Both the position numbers and the translations under genes were made by a program. A DNA stretch of 64,000 bases from the NCBI GenBank assembly GCA_051530055.1, contig CM121342.1, positions 7,820,691 through 7,884,690 on the forward strand. Direction: 5' to 3'. The stretch's first letter is position 1. Each line of letters begins with the position of its first letter. Below are positions 12,057 through 21,899 of the stretch, piece after piece. The stretch is from Neoechinorhynchus agilis (taxonomy: Eukaryota; Animalia; Acanthocephala). The notes under the pieces are model-generated. The model had not been told where the DNA came from, did no database searches, and saw only the letters and a program-made list of their open reading frames with translations.

Positions 12057-15000
12057 GCGATCCGCTACACTGAATAATCTTTTATTGTTGTTGAAAGTTA
12101 CATAACATGGATCCTATGGACGATTGACCGATCTGAACCTTTTTGTTCGCTTAGTCGGCTAAAGTGGACCACACGAAGCGTAGTCCGCCAAACATCAATG
12201 TTTTAAAAGCTGAACGGCATTTATAAAACTCATCACGTTTTCAAACTAGAAAATATTTATATCTCAGACTAAGACGCAGCGATGATGTTAGACCTATCCA
12301 TAAAAAAAGACACGAAACTCCCAGGAAAGCGCAGTCATAACGAAAGGCATGAAACTTCCTCCTGGGATTTTTTCTAAAATCGGATTACCGTGTGCTTCTG
12401 GACAGAACTCCCGCACAATATTCCCAACAAATGACATTTCATTTGAACTGGCGATGTCGTGATTGGCGTTTGATGTTCATTATCAATGGATCTTGATGAT
12501 AAACCAGAACCGCCGCAGCGTGAATTACGGAGTTCATGGACCCTGAGAACTCCTGTATTCGTCAGGACCAAAGCGTCGAATCGTACCAATATTCAATACA
12601 TCGTGTTTGGAATTGTTTTCCATTTTAATTGCATTGTTCAGTCTCCCATTTCGTGATTTGCTTTTTCCGATGAATTCACCTTTATTTGGTATGGAGCTCC
12701 GAGAATTCTTCACTCTAAACTTTTCTTATATGCCGACAATGTCACAATCTTCACAAAATCACCCTAAACATCTAACGATGTCATCTACATCAAAGATTTC
12801 TGCACTAATCCAATACTCTACCTGAACTTCTATAAATGCTTCGATTTGATCTCCTCACTCTCCCGCATCCAACGAGCCACCTCCCTCAGAATTCTGGGTC
12901 TCCAATTAAAATCAAATCTGAAATGAGACTACCACATTTCCTCGAAGGCCGAATTTGATCGGAATTCTTTTGACAAGTTAAGCTAGAAATCTAAAACGGA
13001 GAATCACGATTAATGTCCTGCTGCCATTTGCACCCCAATGCTTAAGGAGATGACCGAGATGGTATCCGCGGGTTCTGGGTAGTGAAATGACTGAGACTTG
13101 ATGGGATATTTTATTTTAGCCTAATTTATAATGAACAAAAACCCTCGTCCATTGAAGAAGTTGCTTATGACAAAAAGCTTAATTAAAATTCTATAGACCC
13201 TTTCATTAGTAAGCAGGTAAGAAAAACTAATTTTTATTGTTGTCAAAACTATTTTAAATTCCAACAGCTAATAAATCTAAAATCCCGGGTAATAATGTCT
13301 CGTCCATTTTAGTCGGATAAAATTTCTTCAATGTAATACCGAATCTATATTATGTTATTGTATAATTTTTCCCGGTATAGGTGAGGTCGATAGATTTTCT
13401 TGATCTTTTTCTGAAATCTTCCATTTTTAAGAGGAGTCCTTTTCGCAGCTGCCATTTCGCTAGCTGTTTCAGGCTTGACGTCCAGCTTAGTGTCTACGAC
13501 GACGGCATCTGTTTGTCCCTCGATCTCAAATTTTAGTTCGATTGATTCGATTGGTGCAATTTCGCTCGCGAACTGGGACTTGGCATCTTCTTTATTGCCA
13601 ACGCCGACGGCATCCTTTTCTAATTCAATCTGAGATATGAGTTCGATTGACTCGATCGCCGCCATTTCGCTGGCTGATTCGGACTTAACATTACCTTTAA
13701 TGTCCACGGCGACGGCATCGATTTCTTCTTCAATCTGAGATTTGAGTTCGGATAATGCGACTGTTACAATTTCGTTGGCAGATTTAGACTTTACATCCTC
13801 TTTAGTGTCAACGGCATCGATTTCTCCATCAATCTGTGATTTGAACTCGGTTGATTCGATTGATACCATTTCGTTGGCAGATTCATACTTGGCACCACCT
13901 TTAGTGTCCACGGCGACGGCATCGATTTCTTCGTCAATCTCAGATTTGAGTTCGATTGATTCGATTGCAGCCAATTCGCTTGCAGATTCGGACTTGACGC
14001 CCACTTTAGGGTCCTCGGCGACGGCATCGATTTCTTCTTCAATGTGAGATTTGAGTTCCATTGACTCGATTAATGCCATTTCGCTGACAGATTCGGACTT
14101 GACATCCTCTTTAGGGTCAACCGCGATGTCATCGATTTCTTCTTCAATCTGAGATTTGAGTTCCATTGATTCGATTGCAGCCATTTCGCTTGGAGATTTG
14201 GACACGGATCCTTCTTTAGGGTCCTCGGCGACTTCATCGATTTCTTTAATCTGAGATTTGAGGTCGGTTGATTCGATTGCTACCATTACGTTGGCAGATT
14301 CACACTTGGCATCCTCTTTAGTGTCCACGGCGATGGCATCGATTTCTTCTTCAATCTGAGATTTTAGTTCGTTTGATTCGATTGCTGCCGTTTCGCTGGC
14401 AGATTCGGACTTGACGTCCTCTTTAGTGTCAACGGCGATGGCATCGATTTCTTCTTCAATCTGAGATTTGAGTTCCATTGATTCGAATGCTGCCATCTCG
14501 GTTGCAGACTCGGGCTCAACATCCTCTTCGGTGTCCGCGGCGAAGGCATCCTTTTCTCTTTCAATCTGAGATTTGAGTTCGATTGATTCGATTGCGGCTG
14601 TTTCGCTTGCACATTCGGACTTGGAATCCTCTTTAGTGTCAACGGCATCGTTTTCTCCTTTATTTTCAGCCGGATTATATGTAAATGGCAATTTTGAATC
14701 AATATTCAACAATATGCTATTGTATGAAATTTTCCGGTATAGGTCAGGTCGACACATTTTGTTAATCTTGTTTTGAAATTTTCCTTCATTAAGAGAAGTC
14801 TTTTGCGTATTTCCTTTTCTGTCGGTTAATATCCTTGCACTGTCTTCGAATGGTATCGTTTCTGAAGAGCCGATTGCGGAGTTGTTGGACCGCCCTGAGG
14901 CAACAGGCATTTCCATTTTATTCACCATTTCAATTGTCTCAAATGCGCCAGGTATAGGCGTTCCAAGTTTGAGTTTTGTGGAGTTACTTTCTTTTTTAAC

Positions 15001-16018
15001 GACATGAATAACAGATTTGAGTTTGGTTGTTTCGATTGCTGTCATTTCGCTAGCAGATTCGGACTTGACGTCCTCTTCAGTGTCCACGGCGACGGCATCG
15101 ATTTCTTCTTCAATCTGAGATTTGAGTTCGAGTGATTCTATTGCCCCATTTTCGCTTGCAGACTCAGGCATGACATCCTCTTTATTATTCGAGACGACGG
15201 TATCGATTTCTCCTTTCGTTTCTACTGAATTAGATGAAAATGGCAATTTTGAATCTATATTAAACAATATGTTATTGTATGAAATTTTCCGGTATAGGTG
15301 AGGTCGGTTCATTTTGTTAATCTTGTTCTGAAATCTTCCATTTTTTAGAAGAGTCTTTTTCTTATTCCCTTTTCCATCCGCTATTATCTTTGCAATGCCT
15401 TCGAATGGTTTCGTTTCTGAAGAGCCGACTGTTGAGTTGCTGGACTGCCCTGAGACAATAAGCGTTTCCTTTTTATCAACCATTTCAATTGTCTCAAATG
15501 CGCTAGGTATAGGCGTTCCAAGTTTGGGTTTTGTGGCATTACTTTCTTTTTCAACGACATGAATTAGGGGTTTGAGTTCGGTTGCTTCAATTGATGCCAT
15601 TTCGCTAGCAGATTCGGGCTTGGCGTCCTCTTTGGTATTGATGGACTCACCTTTTCCGACGGCGATATCCACTTTGGTATGCATCCGTTGAACTTCGTCC
15701 TCAATTACAATGTCTCCATCAACCATTTTAGTACTGCTGATTGGGTTCAGGGCGTAGCATCGGTTTTTGGTCGAAAAGGTTGAAAGGCTGCTGATCAGTA
15801 GCACGGCGGTGAAAATTTTCATCGGAGTAATGGTTGGAAGTATACCCTAAAGTAGAGATACAGCTCAAAATTACCTACTCTACGGGATGCGCAAGCGATT
15901 TAGAAATGTTATTAAATACTTGAACAATATTGACGTTTTCATAAAAATTACTGTTTACGTCTTGGTATGTTTACAAAAACTCATTGTTGACATTATGTGT
16001 CCAGAAAAGATTTTCTTG
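12054..16018 (-). repeat. Segmental duplication cassette A (secreted-protein gene plus flanks)
   Basis: Reverse complement matches 27513-30926 throughout the flanks, and matches 17604-~20480. Confidence 0.92.
13345..15822 (-). CDS. Predicted secreted acidic repeat protein, paralogue A (825 aa)
   Basis: Uninterrupted ORF. Signal-peptide-like N-terminus MKIFTAVLLISSLSTFSTKNRCYA. About twelve 35-aa Glu/Asp/Ser-rich repeats and two ~100-120-aa modules with a basic end. Confidence 0.9.
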   Translation of the reverse strand: MKIFTAVLLISSLSTFSTKNRCYALNPISSTKMVDGDIVIEDEVQRMHTKVDIAVGKGESINTKEDAKPESASEMASIEATELKPLIHVVEKESNATKPKLGTPIPSAFETIEMVDKKETLIVSGQSSNSTVGSSETKPFEGIAKIIADGKGNKKKTLLKNGRFQNKINKMNRPHLYRKISYNNILFNIDSKLPFSSNSVETKGEIDTVVSNNKEDVMPESASENGAIESLELKSQIEEEIDAVAVDTEEDVKSESASEMTAIETTKLKSVIHVVKKESNSTKLKLGTPIPGAFETIEMVNKMEMPVASGRSNNSAIGSSETIPFEDSARILTDRKGNTQKTSLNEGKFQNKINKMCRPDLYRKISYNSILLNIDSKLPFTYNPAENKGENDAVDTKEDSKSECASETAAIESIELKSQIEREKDAFAADTEEDVEPESATEMAAFESMELKSQIEEEIDAIAVDTKEDVKSESASETAAIESNELKSQIEEEIDAIAVDTKEDAKCESANVMVAIESTDLKSQIKEIDEVAEDPKEGSVSKSPSEMAAIESMELKSQIEEEIDDIAVDPKEDVKSESVSEMALIESMELKSHIEEEIDAVAEDPKVGVKSESASELAAIESIELKSEIDEEIDAVAVDTKGGAKYESANEMVSIESTEFKSQIDGEIDAVDTKEDVKSKSANEIVTVALSELKSQIEEEIDAVAVDIKGNVKSESASEMAAIESIELISQIELEKDAVGVGNKEDAKSQFASEIAPIESIELKFEIEGQTDAVVVDTKLDVKPETASEMAAAKRTPLKNGRFQKKIKKIYRPHLYREKLYNNII

Positions 16019-16826
16019 GCCTCCAAAACAAGTCGTCTTCTTAAATTTTGTTCTGTTTCTATAAGGTTGGTGCCACCAAAATCCGCTCGATGCTTACACG
16101 TCTCTTGATGATTGGAGATTGCCGACGAATGCTCAAATAGCCTACAAGCTTGCTTATGTTGAGCGACCCTCTTCTCAATGTCTTGCATCGTTTGCCCGAA
16201 ATGAACTTTCTCACACTATTCACAGTGCATTCGGTAGATCCCATGAGTTGGCTCAATTCTACCCTTCCTCTTGAATGTGCTTCTGAGAGCGATTCCTTTA
16301 GTATTGTATATACGAATTCCAGCCTTCTCATTCATAATGGAGTAAATCATTTGATTCGTGTCATCATCAATGAAGTGCACTCTTTCGAAGCATACAGGCT
16401 CTGCAGACGAATTTTGTTGTTATGCGGATGGTAGTTAATGCCTCTGATTTATAATCCATTTGGGATATCGCCTTATTTTCGGCTGCTGTACTATCCTTTC
16501 CCTTTCCTTATTCCATGCAAATCGAGTAGAGGAAATAAGAAAAGCTCTTCGGGAGTACGAAGTAACAGCCGAGATTTTATACTTCATCAGTTGGTGACTT
16601 GGCCAGTGTGGTAGTCCCATGATATGTTCTCCTTGCGATAAAGTGAAGTGCTAACTTTGCTATGTGCAGAACGCTTGACAAGGACGTCCAGGAACGAGAC
16701 TTCATTTATGTCCTCTTCATTGACTGTAAACTGTATGTGTGGATCCTGACTGTTAAGTTCACCATTTAGAGAATCTCTGTTGTTGTTTGAATCAGTCAGA
16801 ATGAATGCATCGTCTACATAACGCTA
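15955..16826 (-). mobile_element. Penelope-like element, RT C-terminal half + GIY-YIG endonuclease (decayed)
   Basis: Minus strand reads RYVDDAF...IQFTVNEEDINEVSFLDVLV...YRK, then GQTMQDIEKRVAQHK...SAISNH...RRLVLEAKKI. Confidence 0.88.
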
Positions 16827-16829
16827 CCG

Positions 16830-17170
16830 CCGATTCACATGACTATGAAGCTCCAAGAACGTCAATTTAAAAGTATAGATCGCTGAACAACATATAACCA
16901 TGAACAACTTACGGAAGCTTGAACAACTAAGACCAAGAACACTCGAAGAGCGCGGATACTTTATGAATAGATCAAAACACACCTTTTCCTCAAGGGACCA
17001 TAATTTGTTGAACAAGGGACCGGACTATATTATGAAGCATCAAATTCGATCTACTAAAATACGATGTGATACAGAGCTTCTTATAAACTCACATCCAGAT
17101 CTGATGAGTTCAATAGTGGCTCACGATACGAAAGCTCGTAGTCACAACGATCAGGAAGACGACTAATTAA
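16830..17170 (+). mobile_element. Penelope-like ORF N-terminal fragment, inverted relative to the adjacent RT
   Basis: ORF 16900-17166 (NRSKHTFSSRDHNLLNKGPDY...IRCDTELLI) resembles, from recall, the N-terminal N-x-S...LL-x-KG motif of PLE ORFs. Confidence 0.6.
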
Positions 17171-17367
17171 ATTTTGATTCATATTTATAATCTGCTCGAT
17201 AGTTCGCGCTACTATAACTCCTTTGGAATGTTCTTAAGGACTTAAATTGTGAACAGTTACAACGAAAATTTCATCTATTAACACATTATTGTCGATGATC
17301 TGAGTGGGTATTTCAAATAAATCCGGATCGTTGTACGTAAAATTGGTTCTCTTTTGCCATCGCCAAC

Positions 17368-17625
17368 TTGACAAAACAGTTAGACGTGGCCACAAGCCAG
17401 ACATTTCGAAAATTGACGAGGTGAGAAGCCATCAGTGATTGGTTTTTGAATTGTGAAAGAGAACCCAAATAAGCGAATCCTAATAGTAGGACCACCTTTT
17501 GAGGTGGCCATGTCAATGAGAGCTTTAACCAACAAACCAAATATTGGCAAATCACTATTGGAAAGATATTTAATGGGAGTGAATCCGTACTCCTTTTTCG
17601 TTTCAAGAAAATCTTTTCTGGGCAT
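17368..17625 (-). mobile_element. LINE ORF1-like fragment with degenerate zinc knuckle; second copy at 27042-27534
   Basis: FSPRQFSKCLACGHV*LFC. Shared upstream of paralogues B and C. Confidence 0.5.
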
Positions 17626-20480
17626 ATAACGTCAACAATGAGTTTATGTAAACATACCAAGACGTAAACAGTAATTTTTATGAAAACGTCAATATTGTTC
17701 AAGTATTTAATAACATTTCTAAATCGCTTGCGCATCCCGTAGAGTAGGTAATTTTGAGCTGTATCTCTTCTTTAGGGTATCCTTCCAACCATTACTCCGA
17801 TGAAAATTTTCACCGCCGTGCTACTGATCAGCAGCCTTTCAACCTTTTCGACCAAAAACCGATGCTACGCCCTGAACCCAATCAGCAGTACTAAAATGGT
17901 TGATGGAGACATTGTAATTGAGGACGAAGTTCAACGGATGCATACCAAAGTGGATGCCAAGCCCGAATCTGATAGCGAAATGGCATCAATTGAAGCAACC
18001 GAACTCAAACCCCTAATTCATGTCGTTAAAAAAGGAAATAATGCCACAAACCCCAAACTTGGAACGCCTATACCTAGCGCATTTGGGACAATTGAAATGG
18101 TTGACAAAAAGGAAACGCCTATTGTCTCAGGGCAGTCCAGCAACTCAACAATCGGCTCTTCAGAAACGAAACCATTCGAAGGCATTGCAAAGATATTAGC
18201 GGATGGAAAAGGGAATAAGAAAAAGACTCTTCTAAAAAATGGAAGATTTCAGAACAAGATTAACAAAATGTATCGACCTGACCTACAACTGAAAATTTCA
18301 TACAATAACATATTGTTTAATATAGGTTCAAAATTGCCATTTTCATCTAATTCAGCCGAAACGAAAGGAGAAATCGATGCCGTCGTCTCGAATAATAAAG
18401 AGGATGTCATGCTTGAATCTGAATGCGAAAATGGGGCAATAGAATCAATCGAACTCAAATCTCAGATTGAAGAAGAAATCGGTGCGGTCGCCAAGGACCC
18501 TAAAGAGGACGTCAAGTCCGAATCTGCCAGCGAAATGGCAGCAATCGAATCAATGGAACTAAAATCTCAGATTGAAAAAGAAATCGGTGCGGTCGCCAAG
18601 GACCCTAAAGAGGACGTCAAGTCCGAATCTGAGAGCGAAATGGCAGCAATCGAATCAATGGAACTCCAATCTCGGATTGAAGAAGAAATCGATGCCGCCG
18701 TCTCGAATAATAAAGAGGATGTCATGCTTGAATCTGAATGCGAAAATGGGGCAATAGAATCAATCGAACTCAAATCTAAGATTGAAGAAGAAATCGATGC
18801 CGTCGCCGTGGACACTGAAGAGGACGTCAAGTCCGAATCTGTCAGCGAAATGGCAGCAATCGAATCAATGGAACTCCAACCTCAGATTGAAGAAGAAATC
18901 GATACCATCGCCGTTGGCAATAAAGGGGATGTCAAGTCCGAATCTGATAGCGAAATGGCACCAATCGAATCAATGGATCTCAAATCACAGATTGAAGAAG
19001 AAATCGATGCCATCGCCGAGGACACCAAAGAGAGCGTTAAGTTCGAACCGGCAAGCGAGATGGCAGCAGTCGAATCAACCGAACTCAAATCTCAGATTGA
19101 TAAAGAAAAGATTGCCATCACAGTGGACACTAAAGAGGATGTCAAATCCGAAACTGCAAGCGAAATGGCAGCAATCGAATCAATGAAACTCAAGTCTCAG
19201 ATTGAAGAAGAAATCGATGCCATCGCCGTGGATACTGAAGAGAACGTCCAGTCCGAATCTGCCAGCGAAATGGCAGCACTCGAATCAATGGAACTCAAAT
19301 CTCAGATTGAAGAAGAAATCGATACCATCGGCGTTGACAATAAAGAGGATGTCAAGTCCGAATCTGCCAGCGAAATAGCAGCAATCGAACTCAAATCTCA
19401 GATTGAAGGAGAAAAGGATGCCGTCGCCGTTGACAATAAAGAAGATGCCAAGTCCCAGTTCGCGAGCGAAATTGCACCAATCGAATCAATCGAACTAAAA
19501 TTTGAGATCGAGGGACAAACAGATGCCGTCATCGTGGACGCTAAGCTGGACGTCAAGCCTGAAACAGCTAACGAAAGTGCAGCTGCGAAAAAGACTCCTC
19601 TTAAAAGTGGAAGATTTCAGAAAAAGATCAAGAAAATCTATCGACCTCACCTATACCGAGAAAAATTATACAATAACATAATGCCGAATGTAGATTCGGT
19701 ATTACATTGAAGAAATTTTATCCGACTTAAATCGACAAGACATTATTACCCGGGATTTTAGATTTATTAGCTGTTAGAATTTAAAATAGTTTTGACAACA
19801 ATAAAAATTAGTTTTTCTTACCTGCTTACTAATGAAAGGGTCTAAAGAATTTTAATTAAGCTTTTGTCATAAGCAACATCAATGGACGAGGGTTTTTGTT
19901 CATTATAAATTGAGCTAACATAAAATATCCGATCATAGTCTCAGCCATTTCACTACCCAGCACCCTCGGATACCATCTCGGCCATCTCCTTAAGCATTGG
20001 GGTGCAAATGGCAGCAAGACATTAATCGTGATTCTCCGTTTTAGATTTCTAGCTTAACTTGTCAAAAGAATTCCGATCAAATTCGGCCTTCGAGGAAATG
20101 TGGTAGTCTCATTTCAGATTTGATTTTAATTGGAGACCCAGAATTCTGAGGGAGGTGGCTCGTTGGATGCGGGAGAGTGAGGAGATCAAATCGAAGCATT
20201 TATAGAAGTTCAGGTAGAGTATTGGATTAGTGCAGAAATCTTTGATGTAGATGACATCGTTAGATGTTTAGGGTGATTTTGTGAAGATTGTGACATTGTC
20301 GGCATATAAGAAAAGTATAGAGTGAAGAATTCTCTTAACGGAAAAAGTAGAAACGCTCCATTTAAATAAAAGTTAATTCATCGGAATAAGGCAAATCAAC
20401 GATTTTAATCGTTAAAAGGGAGACTGAACATTGCAATTAAAATTGAAAACAATACCAAACACGGTGTACTGAATATTGGT
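17604..20480 (+). repeat. Segmental duplication cassette B
   Basis: Shares ~200 bp upstream and the downstream flank with cassettes A and C. Similarity decays after about 20334. Confidence 0.9.
17800..19710 (+). CDS. Predicted secreted acidic repeat protein, paralogue B (636 aa)
   Basis: Same first ~50 aa as paralogue A. One basic-ended module and about eleven 35-aa repeats. Confidence 0.9.
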   Translation: MKIFTAVLLISSLSTFSTKNRCYALNPISSTKMVDGDIVIEDEVQRMHTKVDAKPESDSEMASIEATELKPLIHVVKKGNNATNPKLGTPIPSAFGTIEMVDKKETPIVSGQSSNSTIGSSETKPFEGIAKILADGKGNKKKTLLKNGRFQNKINKMYRPDLQLKISYNNILFNIGSKLPFSSNSAETKGEIDAVVSNNKEDVMLESECENGAIESIELKSQIEEEIGAVAKDPKEDVKSESASEMAAIESMELKSQIEKEIGAVAKDPKEDVKSESESEMAAIESMELQSRIEEEIDAAVSNNKEDVMLESECENGAIESIELKSKIEEEIDAVAVDTEEDVKSESVSEMAAIESMELQPQIEEEIDTIAVGNKGDVKSESDSEMAPIESMDLKSQIEEEIDAIAEDTKESVKFEPASEMAAVESTELKSQIDKEKIAITVDTKEDVKSETASEMAAIESMKLKSQIEEEIDAIAVDTEENVQSESASEMAALESMELKSQIEEEIDTIGVDNKEDVKSESASEIAAIELKSQIEGEKDAVAVDNKEDAKSQFASEIAPIESIELKFEIEGQTDAVIVDAKLDVKPETANESAAAKKTPLKSGRFQKKIKKIYRPHLYREKLYNNIMPNVDSVLH

Positions 20481-21322
20481 CCAAATCTTAACAGAGCGAT
20501 CATTTCTATTGTTTGAAACTCTCATCGCAACCACACTTGTCAACTGATCGCATTGACGAAAACGGACGCACACCGTCAATAAATGAGCGGACATTCCGCG
20601 AACAACGTGGAATCTCCATCCGACAATGAGGTCTCTTTAAATCGATTACGCGGCTGCAATTGTTAGGTGGTTCCTTGGCGCTTGAGAAATTCTTAAAAAC
20701 CTGAAAATGTTGTTTCCCGCTGTGGTCCGCGAGGCGCGGGAAGTTTTCTGACAGAAAATGAATATATTTCACAATTTTGACGTGTGGTGAATATACTCGC
20801 CCGGTGAGAAATCATTTTATTGTACTGAAATATTTTGAAAGGGGAAATATCGCCTTATTAATCATCTAGAAAGGTTTTTTCACTTGCCTCGCGAAATATT
20901 TCAGAAGAAAATGATTTTTAACCGAGATTATCTTCACCACAAATCAAAATTTACCATCTCGATGGATTTTCTCGATATGATTAAAAAGGTTTCCGGTTAT
21001 GGTTCTTTTCTATATTTTGTCTAATAGGCCCCGATTGACAGGTCCGCTACTTCCAACAAGGTTCGGGGACCGTGTGCCCCTGCTCGTAAACCCTGCACTG
21101 TATCGTGTGTGTTCTATTGATTTTAACTACGTCACTGGCAGGTAGTTTTACGCTGAAATTCGCTTTATTGCCTTCCATTGTATTGGGCGCAAAAAGCGCC
21201 TTCTAGGATTTGCCTTCTCCATAAATTCCGTGCCTTCAAAATCTTTGCGATGTTGCATAGACGTCGACAGACCTGTTTATGTTGGGTGACTCTTTTCAGT
21301 GAACGTGTTATCTCGTTGACGT

Positions 21323-21764
21323 TGCGGTATGATAAGAAAACTAGTTTTCACCAGTGTACTTTATTGTAATATTTGTGCTGACGAACTTGTCCTTTTAAAA
21401 CTATCCGAGAGAGAGATTTTCTCTCATCCTCTCTCTTATGAACGTCTATTCTCTGCTCAAATCAATGAACAGTAAACGAGAATCGACCAAGTATTCCACT
21501 CTTATTGATGTTGCACTAAAAAGTGATTTGAACGAGCTACTGGAACTCTAAAGGACTTATTAAGTGAAGCGGTGAGCACAGAGCGGAGGCTATTAAGTGT
21601 GAAATGGAAACTATTAAAAGTGAATAGTTGGTCGAAGTCAAAAAGTACAAAGGGAAAACGCTAACGGTTCAAAGGGGCAGACAAAGGTTTCAAAGCTGAA
21701 TTCTAAGAAGCAGAATAAAGGTTTACAGAAATCGGATAGCAAAGTGGCCGCAAAGGAGAATACG
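21323..21764 (+). repeat. ~440-bp dispersed duplicate (other copy 36971-37413), probably LINE ORF1 or 5' region
   Basis: Near-identical sequence at both positions; Lys-rich partial reading frame. Confidence 0.75.
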
Positions 21765-21899
21765 CTTCTGATAGATTCCATCAGTATGGCAAACTCAAAC
21801 GAAGACTCGTTGGAAAAAGGTCGAAGAAACATCTGAACAAGTAGGAACAAGAGCAAAAGGAGGAACAAATAACTATAAGGATATAAGTTTGACACCAAT

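Noticed and set aside
17800-18000. RxLR or PEXEL export motif after the signal peptide
   Set aside because: No matching motif at the expected position; RP(H/D)LYR is far downstream and does not fit.
13742-19186. Short overlapping ORFs within the repeat-protein genes (MKKKSMPSP..., MSSIDSIA...)
   Set aside because: They are alternate-frame and antisense shadows of the 105-bp repeat.
20760-20950. Another hammerhead foldback
   Set aside because: An imperfect inverted repeat with GAAATATT is visible, but the core is too decayed to call.
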